In this document: positions 47,600-61,255 of the stretch, in pieces
How positions within the stretch are numbered: the first letter of the stretch is position 1
Layout of the letters: the number at the start of each line of letters is the position of its first letter
Assembly (NCBI RefSeq): GCF_022539665.2
Contig: NC_081333.1
Span: 5,828,001-5,892,000, forward strand
Direction: 5' to 3'
Source: Daphnia carinata
Taxonomy: Eukaryota
Length of the DNA: 64,000 bases
Notes under the pieces: generated by a model
The model's database searches: none
Seen by the model: only the letters and a program-made list of their open reading frames with translations
Told to the model about the DNA's origin: nothing
Program-made: the position numbers and the translations under genes

Positions 47600-49750
47600 T
47601 AACTAGAAGTCTGACTGCGTTCCAATCTCTGGACAAAAAGTTACAGTGTTCAATAATTAACCAAATAATTCCTGTGTTGTAATTAGCAATGGCTTCACAA
47701 AATCTTGGATCATAGCCATTTTGTGCTTAATATTGCGATATATTCTACTCTTGTTTTCTGCCAAGTAAAAGTATTGACTGCGTTCCAAGGTTTTGTGTGA
47801 CCGTTCCATTTTTCAATTTCCCAAGAATGAATTCTTTTTTCGATAATGGATGCTTTGTCTACATATTGTAAAGTAGCTTGTTTATAGATAACATGTGCAT
47901 TGCAATCCTTATGTTTTCCAACATTTCACAGAATTTTTCTTTCTGTCGTTTATTTTTGTGACAAGAAGGTTACTGTGTTACAAGGTTTTCAGAAGACGTT
48001 CCAAGTTTCACCTTCAAAGCAATCCATTTGGGTTTTCAAAAGTCAATTTTCATAAAGAGTTGGAACGCAAACTATTTTTGAATGAGATATGTAACATAAA
48101 TGACTGTGTAAAATAGTGCTTAATGTGGATCTTTTTTAGTCCTGACTGCGTTCCAAGTTATGGAGGCAAGCTGTTCCTGTTCAAAGTTGTAACATTGTTG
48201 TTGTACCATTGTTGTTACAACTTTGAACAGGACAATTCCTGTACTCCAATTAGGGAGCAGTTTCTCAAAGTCTGGGAACACATTGTTTTTGTGATTGATA
48301 TTTCTAATGGAAAGATTGACTGTGTTCCAAGGTTTTGTGTAACCGTTCCATTTTCCAGCGTCCCCAGAATGAATTCATTTTTCCTAGAGGGAATGCTTCA
48401 TCCACACATTGCAAAGTAAATTGCTGCTGGAAAACATGTGTATTGCAATGACTGTGTGTTTTCCAACATTTCACACAGTTTTTTCTTGTGTCGTTGATTT
48501 TGGTAATAGGAAGGTAGACAAAACTGTTTTCCAAAATTTTTAAGAACCATTCCAAGTTTCACCTTCGAATCAAGCCATCTGGGTTTTCAAAAGTGTATAG
48601 GTTTTAAATATGTTAGAACGTAGAGTATTGGTAGATGACATATGTAGCATAAAGATTGACTGCGTACAACATTTCTTAAAGTTTAGTGGTATTTCCTAAG
48701 CCTGACTGCGTTCCAAGTTTTGGAGGCGAGGCAACAATGTCACAACTTTGAACAAGGCAATTCCTGTATTCCAATTAGGGAGCAGTTTCAAAACATCTGG
48801 GAATACATTCATTTTATGATTGATATTTAAAATAGAAAGATTGACTGCGTTCTAGGGTTTTGTGTGACCGTTTCGTTTTTCAACTTCCCAAGAATGAATA
48901 CATTTTTCCTAAAAAGAATACTTCATCCACACATTGAAAAGTAAATTTCTTCTGGATAACAAGTGTACTGGAATGACTGTTTTCCAACACTACATAGAAT
49001 TTTCATTTTTGTCGTTCATTTGGTAACACGAAGGTAGAAGGTGTTCCAAGATTTTCAGTTTATGTTCCAAGTTTCACCTTCAAAGCAATCCATTTGGATA
49101 TTTGTAAGTGTATTGTTCATAAATATGTTGAAACTCAGACTATTTGTGGATGACATATGTAGCATAAAGAATGACTGCGTACAACATTTCTTTAGTGGGT
49201 TGGTCTTCCTTTAACCCTGACTGTGTCGAATGTATGGGAGGGGAGGTAACAATGTTATACAATTGAACTGGATAATTTTCTGTATTCAGGGAGCAATTTC
49301 TGAACATCTAGGAACACATTAATTTTTTGATTGATATTTTTAGTAGAAAATCTGATTGTTTCTCAATGTTTTGTGCGACCGTTCCATGTTTCACCTTCCA
49401 AAAATTCAATTGAGGTTTATTAAAGGGAATGCTATGAATTAAACTGATGCTGAGTAGCTTTTTTTATGGATAACATTTGTAATAGAATGATTGTGCGCTC
49501 TAGGATTTCATGGAATTAGCCTTTTTCTCATTGATTTTGCTAATACGTTGACTACGTTCTAAGATTTATAGGGCATGCTACATGTTTCACTTTCTAAACA
49601 CGATAGCTAGGTATTTTAAATGGAATTGCCATTAAAATATTGGAACATCGACAATTTTTGGATGAATTTAGTGACAGAAAGGTTGGCTGCATAGAATATT
49701 TCTGAAAATTGTGTGGTCGTTTAGATTCTTGGAACACAGTCATTCCAGAG
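47600..49750. repeat. Diverged ~510-540-bp tandem repeat (about four units) with TGACTGCGTTCCAAG subrepeats
   Basis: The anchor TGACTGCGTTCCAAGGTTTTGTGTGACCGTTCC recurs near 47775, 48317, 48842 and 49353. Confidence 0.85.
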
Positions 49751-50559
49751 AGACATTTATAGCATGGACATTACTTATAGTTAATTCTTAAAGGCGAAAA
49801 AGTTCTTCTGTGCTAATTTGAAAATTTCACTATAAATAGTTGTTGTTCAAGTAAGGCCTTACTGTTATTTCACATTAGTTTATTTTCAAGTTTATCTCGA
49901 CTGCCAGAACAAAATTATTCCGTGACGCATACTACTGTCCACCCGCATATAATAAAATTTACACTTCAATATTCAAGCAAATATTCCCGAACTTCATCGT
50001 CTACTACCAAAGGGTTGTTGGATCAACCCGGCACCGAAAAAACTAACTTCTTTTGCTGGTCCTTCTTAAGATACTGTGACACACAAGTCCTGTGCGGTTG
50101 GTGGCTCGTGGTCAGGCATGCTCCCAGCCAAAGAATGAGAAGGCCGGGAGAATACAAGGCTGGTGACTTCAGAACAGTCCTTCGATATCGGAGACATAGC
50201 GTTAGGTGTTTTGGACAGCAACTTCAGAAGGTTTAAGCACTCGGATAGCACATCGTGCAACTGTCTGGGACGATCTCGTGTGGTAGAACGGTTGTACTTA
50301 TTAACCATTTTTGCTATCGTTTGTTTGTGTTTACTTCCTAAAGAACTCACCCATTATTTATTACCAAACCATGAATTATTTGGTAAGAGAAATGCCACCA
50401 CGGCTTCACTGACGGACGCCGAAAAGGAGAAAATAGAAAGCAAAGAGAAAAAAGTGCTCAAAAAGTTGCCAAGGCAAACGTAGAATACAATAGAAAGATC
50501 CCTAGGTACCTCCGTGATCAGGAAAAACAAACAGGTCGGTTCAATAAAAAAGGATAGAC

Positions 50560-53500
50560 ACAAATCGCATACACTACAATAAGGCCGGCACAAAACGATG
50601 AAATATAGACTACAATAGGGCAGACACTTAAAACTAGACTATAACTATTACCGTCCTGGAACGGGCCGCCATATACTAGTATGTTCTATATGAGGAATTG
50701 AAAGCTTGTGAGTGAGATGGGAAGTGGTGTGCAAAGAAGGCTGCATCTTGAGAGTCGGGATGTGCTGTACTCCGTCGTTTTTTCAGGTATATTTCTCACG
50801 ATTATGCTTTGATTATTTCTCTTCTTAGATTTTTAGTCTCTTCTTGATCATTTTCATGGTGACGAAAATGCGGATTTTTATCAAAAGAAGTTTAATAACG
50901 CTAAGCGTAAGCCAGGAGAAAGGATTATAGCGTACGCTCATCGTTTACAGGAAATTTTCAAACGCGCATATCCTGTAGGCTATTCAGAAGCATCTTTTGC
51001 TATAATCCTTATGCAAAAATTTATAGAGGGGTTGGATTCCAAATTACAATCGAAAGTTAAATATAAAGAATTCAAGAATTTTAATGATCTTGTTGCTGCA
51101 ACACGGGTGTATGCATTGCGACTAAAAGCTATGAAAACGGATAGGGAAAAACATGATTTTATTAGGGCAGTGACTGAGCCGTCTGACACCAAAGACGCGG
51201 AATTAAAAGAATTCAAGGAAATAATATTGGAGCAAAAAAAATTCGTCAATAATGCCGTAGCAAATATTAGACAGGGGAGTAAACAAGTAGATGACCCAAA
51301 AACTGAGAAGGACGAAATTAAGAGCGCTCTTCTCGAGCTAAGGCAAGCGGTAAGGCAATTGCAATTCGATAAAAAAGATAACGTGTCGAGTGCACCCTAT
51401 AAGAAACAGGTTTAGTTCCAGCTAGTAACAGTAACCAGGAAAGAAATTGGAGACCTCCTCAGCCGACTAATAATTACAATGGCGCACAATCTTTCAATAA
51501 ATTTACAAATAGGCCTAGACCCTCTTTTTCAAAACCAGCTGGTGATTCTAACTATAGGCCTCCACCGCCACAGCTGACGTGCAATTTTTGTGGATATCGG
51601 GGTCATTCTCAGGCAGTTGTCGCAAATTTCAACGGCAAAGTTTGGAGCAAGCTCAGCCACCAATATGCTATTCATGTCGGGAAATTGGCCATAAGTCAAA
51701 CAACTGTCCAAGGGCAAAAAACCCGAAAAGGCCAAACATTCCAGGTCCTCTTAAGCGTCAGGGAAACCAATAGGTATCAACTGTAACTTCGGGTCAGTTG
51801 ATAGGGAGCCTCAGCTTGAATCCCAACAAGTCGCAAAATTAACAACTATAACGAATGAATCGACACCGAGAATTCCATTGAAAATTTTTCAGATCCCATT
51901 TCAAGCATTATTCGATACAGGCGCGTCGAAGAGTATTATTCACGAGAGATTATTTAGGAAGTTACCCCAAAGAGGTCAAGTGATCTACAGTCAACTTGAT
52001 TTTGATTTATACGGTGTAGGGGAGAAAAAATTACATACGCTGGAAAGAGTTGCTTTACCCGTACGATACGGAGAGTCAATTTTAAGACAGGGAGTTTATT
52101 GTGAAAAATGGTGTTTTTGAGGACTGTATCCTTGGATGGGACGCAATCCAGAAACACGGATTTCGGCTTGATGGAGAAGCCAAAAGCATTTATTTAGCGA
52201 GAGATAAGCAGGGATCAGCTATCTCTAGTGTACCGGGCATGGCAATAACGACGGTCAAAAAGACGACGTTATCTCGTCAGACGTCGCTAGTAATTGCCGC
52301 GCAAATGAAATGGTCATCCCCGTTTGTTCCGCCTAATACAGCTTTTATTTTTACCCCAGCAGAAGATTTGCCGGCCGGCGTTTTTATTGAGGAGTTCGTA
52401 GGAAAAGTATCGGGTGATGGAAGGTATAACATCTTGGTTGAAAATCATTCGTTAAATCAAGTCAAAATTCCTAGGGACATTAAGTTAGGTGGCATCGAAG
52501 TTACTACTCAAGTGATTGGGAAAAAACGCAAGAAAGTAAAGTTGAGGACAGGCCAACGCAGTAAAAGAGCATATTGTAATTCCGGAAGTCGACCCTGAAT
52601 TTCAAACACAGCTCGCTAAATTATTAAATGACTTCCACGACTTGTTCGCTTCAAAAGATTCAGAATTAGGCAACACAGATCTTATTAAACATACAATTGA
52701 TACACAGGGACGAGGCCCTATTCGACAACGCCCTTACAGAGTTACAAATAATCAAAGAAAATTATTGGAGGATAAAATACAAGAAATGCTCGATGCAGGC
52801 GTAATTCAGTATTCGCATTCGCCATGGTCTTCACCTGTGGTTTTGGTTGAGAAGAAAAGTTGAGAAATCAGTACTTTGCGTAGATTATCGAAAATTAAAT
52901 AGTATCACAAAGAAAGATTCGTTTCCTATGCCAAGGATAGATGAAACATTGGATAAACTGTATGGAAAGAAATTTTTCACTACTCTCGATTTAGCTTCTG
53001 GCTATTGGCAAATCCAGGTAGATGAACCAGCTATTGAAAAAACAGCATCTGTTGTAGAGAATAATCTTTATGAATTTAAACGTATGGCATTTGGCTTGTG
53101 CAATGCACCTGCCACCTTCCAACGGCTAATGAATTATGTACTGAAAGACGTTTTGGGAAGTAAGGCATTAGTTTATTTGGATGACGTGATAATGTTTTCC
53201 AATAATTTCGAAGATCATTTCAGGGATATTCGTGAAATTTTTCAATTATAAAAAGAAGCTAATTTAAAATTAAAACTTAAAAAATGCCAGTTTATTAAGC
53301 AATCGGTGAATTATTTAGGCCATGTCATTTCGACCGAAGGAATTAAGCCAGACCCAGGGAAAATCGATAAAATAGTGAATTATAAAACACCTTCTTCTGT
53401 AAATGAAGTGATCTCATTTTTGGGATTACCTGGATATTATAGGAGATTTATTCAAAATTTTTGATCAATAGCTAGGCCATTGACCCGATTAACTCATAAA

Positions 53501-54180
53501 GACCTTAGCCGAAAACCTTTTGTTTGGGGTACTGAGGAGCAAGCTGCCTTTGAAAAATTGCGCACTTCTCTAGTTACGCCCCCAGTATTAGTTTACCCCA
53601 ATTTCAATGAAAAATTTTTACTTTTCACTGACGCATTTGATTATGGAATAGGAGCGGTACTTTCGCAGATACAAAATGGCCACGAACATCCGATAGCATA
53701 TTCTAGTAGACAATTAACGAAAGCTGAGTTGAAATACGCCACTACAGAAAACGAAGCTTTAGCAGTGATTGATGCGATTAAACATTTTAGACATTATCTT
53801 TTGGATAAGCCTTTTGAAATTATTAGTGATCATCGTCCATTGCAGTGGCTTCAAGGATCAAAAAGATAACGGGAGATTAGGACGCTGGGCTATACTATTA
53901 GCTGTGACGAATTATGAATTAAAGTATAGGCCTGGGCGTATTTACCAAAATGCTGACTGCTTGTCACGTTAAAAAATTGCTGGTATTCAAACTGGGAAAA
54001 ATATTAAGTTTATTTGTGAAAAGCAGTTAGAAGATAAACTTTGTGTAGCTATTAGGAATTATTTAGAGAAAGGAGAGCTGGATGAAATTTTTCAACAATC
54101 TAGGCCAGATTGGGTAAAAGAGATCGAATATTTTGAAATTATTGAAGGTACTATTTATCGGCATGAGCTGCCTTTTTCAA
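50560..54180 (+). mobile_element. Third Ty3/Gypsy relic (gag, protease, RT, RNase H; integrase missing)
   Basis: KFIEGL gag, knuckles CNFCGYRGH and CYSCREIGHKSNNC, ALFDTGA, CVDYRKLN, VYLDDV, FTDAFDYG, NADCLSR. Confidence 0.93.
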
Positions 54181-55617
54181 ATAACAATTCTGGTTGTTCT
54201 TATCCAACTTATATGTTTTCTTTCATGATACACAGTTAGTGAAGGCATGAAGAGAAAAAAAAATATAATAAATAAAAGCTAAAATTCAAATATAGCAGAA
54301 TGAAGAGTAGTATTAGGTTACTGTAATAAAATCGGATAAGAATACGACGACAAGAGGTGCGAATGCAGAAAACACACATATGTATATATACGTCCAAATA
54401 TATATATATATATAAATTTCGATGATTATTTTTAAGTTATGCCATTTGTTACTTCTACTATATATATATATGCGGCAAAAAGCTGCATTGCAACGCCTCT
54501 GGTGACCAAGTGTGAAGTACACTTTCCGTCAAAAAACTTAGCAGGGAGTTAACTTCAAGGGATAGGGAGGGGTATTGAGAAAATTATTTTTGAAAAAATA
54601 ACATTAAATCTATATTAAGTAAGTAATGCTACATCTTTTGGGAAAAAAGAATTTTTTTAGCTCAACTCTAAGTATTTTATTTAAAATTTAAAAAAACCTA
54701 GTCTTAGCATTACGCTTATGGGGAAAAACCGGGTGTGCCTATTTCGTGAACGAGGACCTAGAGCCTTAGCGGTAAGTTCTACAAAAAAAACTAAGTCTTA
54801 CTGAATTGTAGATCACGACCTAATCTGGTCAGCAAACAAAAGAAATCTACCTGTATCCATTAAATAGGAATGGGAGCTTAAGTGACACCGTAGCGCCATA
54901 AGAATACACGTAAATGGGGGAGGTGTGCCTAATAATTTGGTGGGCACTGTAATGTAAAATGTCATTGACATTTCTTTGAATTCTATTTTTATATTATACT
55001 TTACATCCTGCTTGTTGCTTATTGGATGTGTCTCATGCGTAGAACATCGCGCCATACATTTCCGTGAATATGAAATGTTGACGCATGTGACACTCAATAA
55101 CTTGTATCCGGAGTTCATCTGTCGGAAGCGCTATGTTTCCCTCAACAATGAAAGCCTATAATAGAAGGCCCTTTTTGTTCCCCATAGCTATTTCTTATTC
55201 TAGTTCTTGTTCTTGTTATCGTTCCAGTTTTCGGTCTAGTGCTATCTTATCTACAGTGCAATTCAACCCATCAAATTAGTAGTTCAATTTGCACCTTATT
55301 AAATAACTATTGTGAGTGCATCTCATCGCTTCTTGTGCGACCAACAAGCCCTGCTATCTTCATTTTCCTTTACCACGTTTGACATCTTGATTCTATTTTC
55401 GAATTAGTACCTTATTTTCAACCATTTTTTGAATGGTCATATTTCTTTAGCATTGAATTCCTATTTCCCCAGCATGTATGGGCTAATTATTGGACGATCA
55501 TTATTTGTCCGTCCGCTTTTCATGTAGAAAAGCGAACGGATTATGTTGGTTTCTGCATTTCAAACACAGTTATCATTATCATGTATTTTCACTCCATTAT
55601 AACTTTTTTGTTTGAAT

Positions 55618-57650
55618 TAATATTCGTAATGGTTTTGAATGATTATATGCTTTATCTATTGCTTTCTAGAGCTCATTGAATAGAAAAGTAATTTTGTTTA
55701 CACAGTATCTGGAATTGTGCATTTGACATTTTCTTACTGGTGTTTTCAGGCCTCGCATCACCCTCCCTTTACTGATGTCCTTATTCACTTTTTTTACTTT
55801 TTTTTGTGCCTCGATGGGGATTCTGTGGGGGGGGGGCGTTGAAGTATCCCTTATTACACTGATAAATAAGAAAATTATTGTATAAACATAATTTAAGAAA
55901 CGTTAATTTAATAATATAAAAACAATGTTTGCCCTGGCGCAAAATATTGTTTATTACGATGTATATGGCGTTGGATATGAATGTTGGATCACAAGCAGAC
56001 GAGTATTGCAAGCTCGAAGTGTCAACATCCTACTTTTCTATGAATCGTTGAATTTATTTATCGTAAGCGGTGACGTGCAGTCCTGGAATACTGGCTATCG
56101 CCATGCCTTTGTAGTTAGTTACCTCGTGTTCGATTCCCACCACCTCCAATAAACCTTTCCTTCCTTAGAACAACTAAAAAACAAAAAAAGCAATAATCAC
56201 TCTTGCGCAAGGGACCCATTAAGCTGGTGCAGACACAACAGTCGCACAAAAAGCTATCATCAACGTAAGCAATGTTTGTTTGACAGGTAAGTGGCTAGTT
56301 TCAGTAAAATTTAAAATTTTCTATTTCCTAGGTTTGCCAGTTTAGTACCGTTTAAAGTCATGTTGGAATTATCACTGACTCACAAAAAAAGGTCTTTCTT
56401 GGTCGAAAATAATTAAAACGGATTTGTTATTATTAGTAGCTTTGTTAACGTCAAGTGCAAAGCTTCCTTAAAATTCAGTATTGTATGTGATGAGTAATTA
56501 GGTAACCAACAGCTCCTTGGAAATGTACGTAAGATGGAAAACAAGACACGGAGGACGTCAAAAATCATGTATAAATGCGGGAAAAATGCGACTTCTTGCC
56601 AGAGATGTAGGTGGTCCTTTCGGAATAAAGGTGAGGGTATTAGTTCTCTTCCTTTTTAACAAAAGCCACGCCATAACTATTGAAATTTTACTCATAGATG
56701 TTCCTACGCAAGTTGTAGGCTAAATTTCAGTTTTGCTTAAACCATTTATTGCTTTGGTGAAAAGCGCTCCTACCCTACAAAACCGACAGCGTTCACCGCC
56801 TGCATAGTTATAGCAGTAGGGTTTGATTGTAATATAATGGTAGCCGGAGAAATAGGACCTGGAGAAATAGGACCCGGAGATTTAGGACCTCTAAATAGGA
56901 CCTGGAGAAATAGGACCCGGAGAATTAGGACCCAATCTTCAAACATTTTTTGAAGAGTCCTATATCTCCATGTTGAGGGTCCTATTTCTCCAGCAGAAAG
57001 ACATAATATTAATCAAACATTAGCTGTCAGATTATTAGGAAGAAAACCTATAGGATTATATTGGTTAAACACTGTTATCAATATGACATCTTTTTTTTAT
57101 TGAAATAATATTCGTGATTTTTTTTGCATGATTATATGCGTTATCTGTTGTTTTTTAGAGTTCATACAATAGAAAATCAATTTTGCTTACACAGTATTTT
57201 GATTTTTGCATTTTACATTTTCTTACTGGTGTTTTCAGGCCTACCATCATCCGCCCTTTATTAATGCCGCTATTCACTTTTTTTTCTTTTTTCTTCGTAT
57301 CTCGATGAAGATCCTGGGAGGCGTATAGCTACCTCTTAATACACAGATAAATAAGCAAATTATTATATAAAAATAATTGAAGAAACTTTAATTTAATAAT
57401 AAAACACTGTTTGCCCTTGCGCAAAACATTGTTTTTTACGATGTATATGGCAACGTTGTACTACAAGCAGACGACTGTTGCAAGCTCGAAGTGTCAACAG
57501 CCTACAATTCTATGAATCGTTGAAGTTGTTTATTGTAAGCGGTGTTTGTTTGACAGGTAAGTGGCTGTTTCAGTAAAATTAAACATTTTCTATTTCCTAC
57601 GTTTGGCAGTTTTGGTACATTTCAAATTCATGTTGGCATTAGCACCACAG
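55618..57650 (+). repeat. Diverged direct duplication: 55618-56385 versus ~57105-57650
   Basis: Shared blocks such as CATTTTCTTACTGGTGTTTTCAGGCCT, CAAGCTCGAAGTGTCAACA and TGTTTGTTTGACAGGTAAGTGGCT. The second copy lacks ~185 bp. Confidence 0.85.
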
Positions 57651-59715
57651 AAGAAAAAAATTTACTTGGAAGGAAAGGTATTTAAAGTGTAGACATAATT
57701 TTATTAATTGCAGTTGGAAATTTGACACAGATTACTAATCCGAAATGTTTCTTAGGTGGTTACTTTCAAGGATAATCATGAAACTAGAGCATGATTTACC
57801 ATGAACCATTTGGGAACCAACTTGTTAGCTGCCTTATAACTATCATCCTTCTGGTAATCTAGATGTTCACAGATTTTTTGTTCGTGAAATTTATGTAATC
57901 ATTTTTCTCATCGTTCAGATGAAATAACAGCATTAAGGCTGTTAGTTACGTCAAGACATTCAACCCAAGATGCAAGTACTGAGCTTTAACGTATTTCAAT
58001 TTACAGAAGCACGACATCCAATTCTGTTGTTGAGGAGAAAACCAACTACACACCCAGCTATGAATGGTAAAATATGTGTAATTAAATCTAAATTATTTTT
58101 ATTTTTATGGTTTAAAGGCTTTTCGTTCTTCCATTAATTTTTTTCTTTTGTAGGTGTTTAGAAAATCCCATACGTTGCTAGAAATTTCATCGCGTACAAC
58201 TCGAAAGAAGAGTCACCTATCCCAATAAACAACTGTTGAAGAACAAAAATAAGGTGGTGCATTTTGTTTCGTTTACAAGAACTTAAATTTTACTTGGTTT
58301 ATTGCTTAGTTAATTTTTACAGAAAAATATTGATTGTTAAACATTTAAAATGAAATACAAGCTCATTCAATAAACACAACTATCATTTAATGTCATATCC
58401 AATTCATCAATGTTGTCATTATTGAGGTTCAGAGGATGGTCAGGAACAACTGTGGGGAAGGAACTTCGGAGCTCCTGAACCAATTCTTCAAGTAGCTCAT
58501 GGCTGGATAACTGGAAAAAGTGGAAATTGTTAATTTTTGTTGATTTTTTTACTTTGAATAGGCTTAATTACTTCATTCGCTTGGTAGCGAGACCAGAGCG
58601 TAAACAGGATCGAGTTCTTGGTGTTGGTTTCATTTTTCCGATGCGCTTTAATCTTGCTGTGAGAAAGGAGCTTCTGGGTAATTTTGACGTCGTCACAGAG
58701 CTGCTGGAGTACCATCGTCATCTTATAGAAGGGTAAGATAGGGCCGCCTGCTAACTGGAAAAAAAGAATGGTAAGTATCTTATTTATTCGTGTTTGTAGT
58801 GTTTTAGTACCTTATTCCACATGTGGTGTAACCCTTCACAATCTTTGTTGGTTCGCAGGAGCAGATTGAAACACGACCAGTTCTCTGGAATCCAAAACCG
58901 ACCTCGAATCCAGTTCTTATCCATGTATTCCAGGAGTCTTTCCAATTCCGGCGGTGCTGAATTCCACAAAGCGTCAAATACGGAAGGGATCTTCTCAGCT
59001 AAAAAGAAAAATATTAGTTAAACCAATACTGAGCACATTGATTTAATAGAAAATAATTGTTACCTGGAAGATAGGCAAGACAGAGCAAACGAAATACCAA
59101 ATCTCGAACAGGATTGGGCCCCTTTTTGTTGTACGCTGCCGAAAGCTTTATATCGCGAAGCTTCTTAACGATGGCTTGGCACCAATGGAAGTTACATCCT
59201 TGATGAATGCAATTTCCATAAAGCTTCCGGACGGCGACAAAAATGGCCCTTTCGAAGTCGGTAACGATTCGCTCCACTCTCGGGAGCGGGATGAAGTCCT
59301 GAAGGTAAGGTACACGTTACTTATAAATTGTCTGAAACAAATCCTAAATAAACTTTAAAATGTACAATACCTTAATCTTCTCAAAGACTGAAACGTAATC
59401 AACCGCCCGCCGTCTGGTCATACAGCAGAAGAGTAGTGGAACCTGCTTCAGATCTCCCTTCTCGTTTTTTATGAAGCCGTTTATGGAGAAAAGCTAGGTG
59501 TAACAAAGATTAGTACAAACGCAAAACAGAAAGCTCATAATATAAATTCTACCTGTTTAATAAGATCCTGGATGAAGTGAAAGGTAGCGTCTATGAACCA
59601 CGTCTTACAATCCTCTAATTGTCTTTTCATGACAGAGGTAAAAAATAGCTGGTGGCTTGTTCTCTGGTTTCCAGTTCCAGCATAGACCGCTCCTTTATAG
59701 AAATCGGGAGGGAAG
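56839..59715 (-). mobile_element. Mutator-like (MULE) DNA transposon, 5' half missing
   Basis: Terminus GGTAGCCGGAGAAATAGGAC with GAAATAGGAC subrepeats at 56839-56995, downstream of a MULE transposase. Confidence 0.7.
58370..59712 (-). pseudogene. MULE DDE transposase, intron-containing, N-terminally truncated
   Basis: Exons give WFIDATF (D1), VPLLFCCM, IVTDFERA (D2), GCNFHWCQA (CxxH), YMDKNWI and RTNKDCEGLH (E). GT-AG introns of about 60-70 nt. Confidence 0.9.
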
Positions 59716-60450
59716 TGTAAAGCATCTTCCCGTGTGGGAAGACTGACTTTACGAATTAAGACAAATAAAACATATTGAACTCAGAAGGCGTTTTACCCAC
59801 AATGACGTATGTGTTTATTATAAGCTAAGACACAAGGATTAAGAAGACAAGAGATCAGAAGATAAGAAGGAACATTCGGGAAAACGAGTTAAAAGGAAGA
59901 ACAAATAGACAGGGGTCTTACCGTGAACTCACGAGTGAAAGAATGGAAGAAAAACGACACGAGGCGAACCTGGATTTCGGCTTCCACACGAGCGGTACAC
60001 AACAAGAGTTCAGAAACGTAGGAATTTGACAATCAATGTCCGGAATAGCTCGGAACAAGAACGAATTCTAACTCAACGTTTAGGCAATGAAACATTAAGC
60101 AAAGTACAATACTACTCAATAAAGCGGAGAAGATTGACTTAAGGCAACTATTTGGCACGGCTGCAACTACTTGTCTGATTTCCGTCAACTGCTAGGTTTA
60201 TCACGAAACTTTGCATACTGCAAAAGTGGCGTGATTGGGCGGCGCTTGCGCATTCACGCAGCAGCCAATTAAACGATGCCGTTTGATGTGGCGTGATGTT
60301 GAGGGCGTATCGTCTGCGTGAGTCAGCTGCAGGTGTTCAATTGGGTCAGCTGCACTGCGTATATAGTGTTGCAACTGCCATGTCCAGACTTGCGTTTACT
60401 ACTGAAGCAAAAGCGAGAAAAGTTAAAGTAATATGTTCGGCTTCGTTACA
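59716..60450 (-). mobile_element. Solo LTR related to 16646-17318
   Basis: Minus strand reads TGTAACGAAGCC...GCTTTACA. Shares GAACACCTGC, CACGGTAAG, CATTGTGGGTAAAACGCC and the terminal hairpin with the first copy. Confidence 0.82.
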
Positions 60451-61255
60451 GAATGTACATCATGAAACTGATTCTATTACACTATATTCACATTGAATAC
60501 ACGTATATTTGATGCTGTTTGAATGTAGATATTAAAACTGATTCTATAACACTATATTCACATTGAATACAGGTATATTTGATGCTGTTTGAATGTAGAT
60601 ATTGAAACTCACTGTATCACACTATATTCACATTGAATACACGTATATTTGATACTGTTTGAATGTACATCATGAAAGTGATTCTATTACACTATATTCA
60701 CATTGGATACACGTATATTTGATGCTGTTTTAATGTAGATATTAAAAACTGATTCTATAACACTATATTCACATTGAATACACGTATATTTGATGCTGTT
60801 TGAATGTAGATATTAAAACTGATTCTATAACACTATATTCACATTGAATACACGTATATTTGATGCTGTTTGAATGTAGATATTGAAACTCACTGTATCA
60901 CACTATATTCACATTGAATACACGTATATTTGATGCTGTTTGAATGTAGATATTAAAACTGATTCTATAACACTATATTCACATTGAATACAGGTATATT
61001 TGATGCTGTTTGAATGTAGATATTGAAACTCACTGTATCACACTATATTCACATTGAATACACGTATATTTGATGCTGTTTGAATGTACATCATGAAACT
61101 GATTCTATCACACTATATTCACATTGAATACACGTATATTTGATGCTTTGAATGTAGATATGGAAACTCACTGTATCACACTATATTCACATTGAATACA
61201 CGTATATTTGAAGCTGTTTGAATGTAGATATAGAAGCTCACTGTATCACACTATA
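60451..61255 (-). repeat. 70-bp tandem satellite, inverted (~11.5 units)
   Basis: Reverse complement of the unit at 8331, with a 70-bp period. Confidence 0.97.

Noticed and set aside
54948..55560. Further solo LTR with terminal hairpin at ~55508-55540
   Set aside because: No CA end or TSD could be identified.
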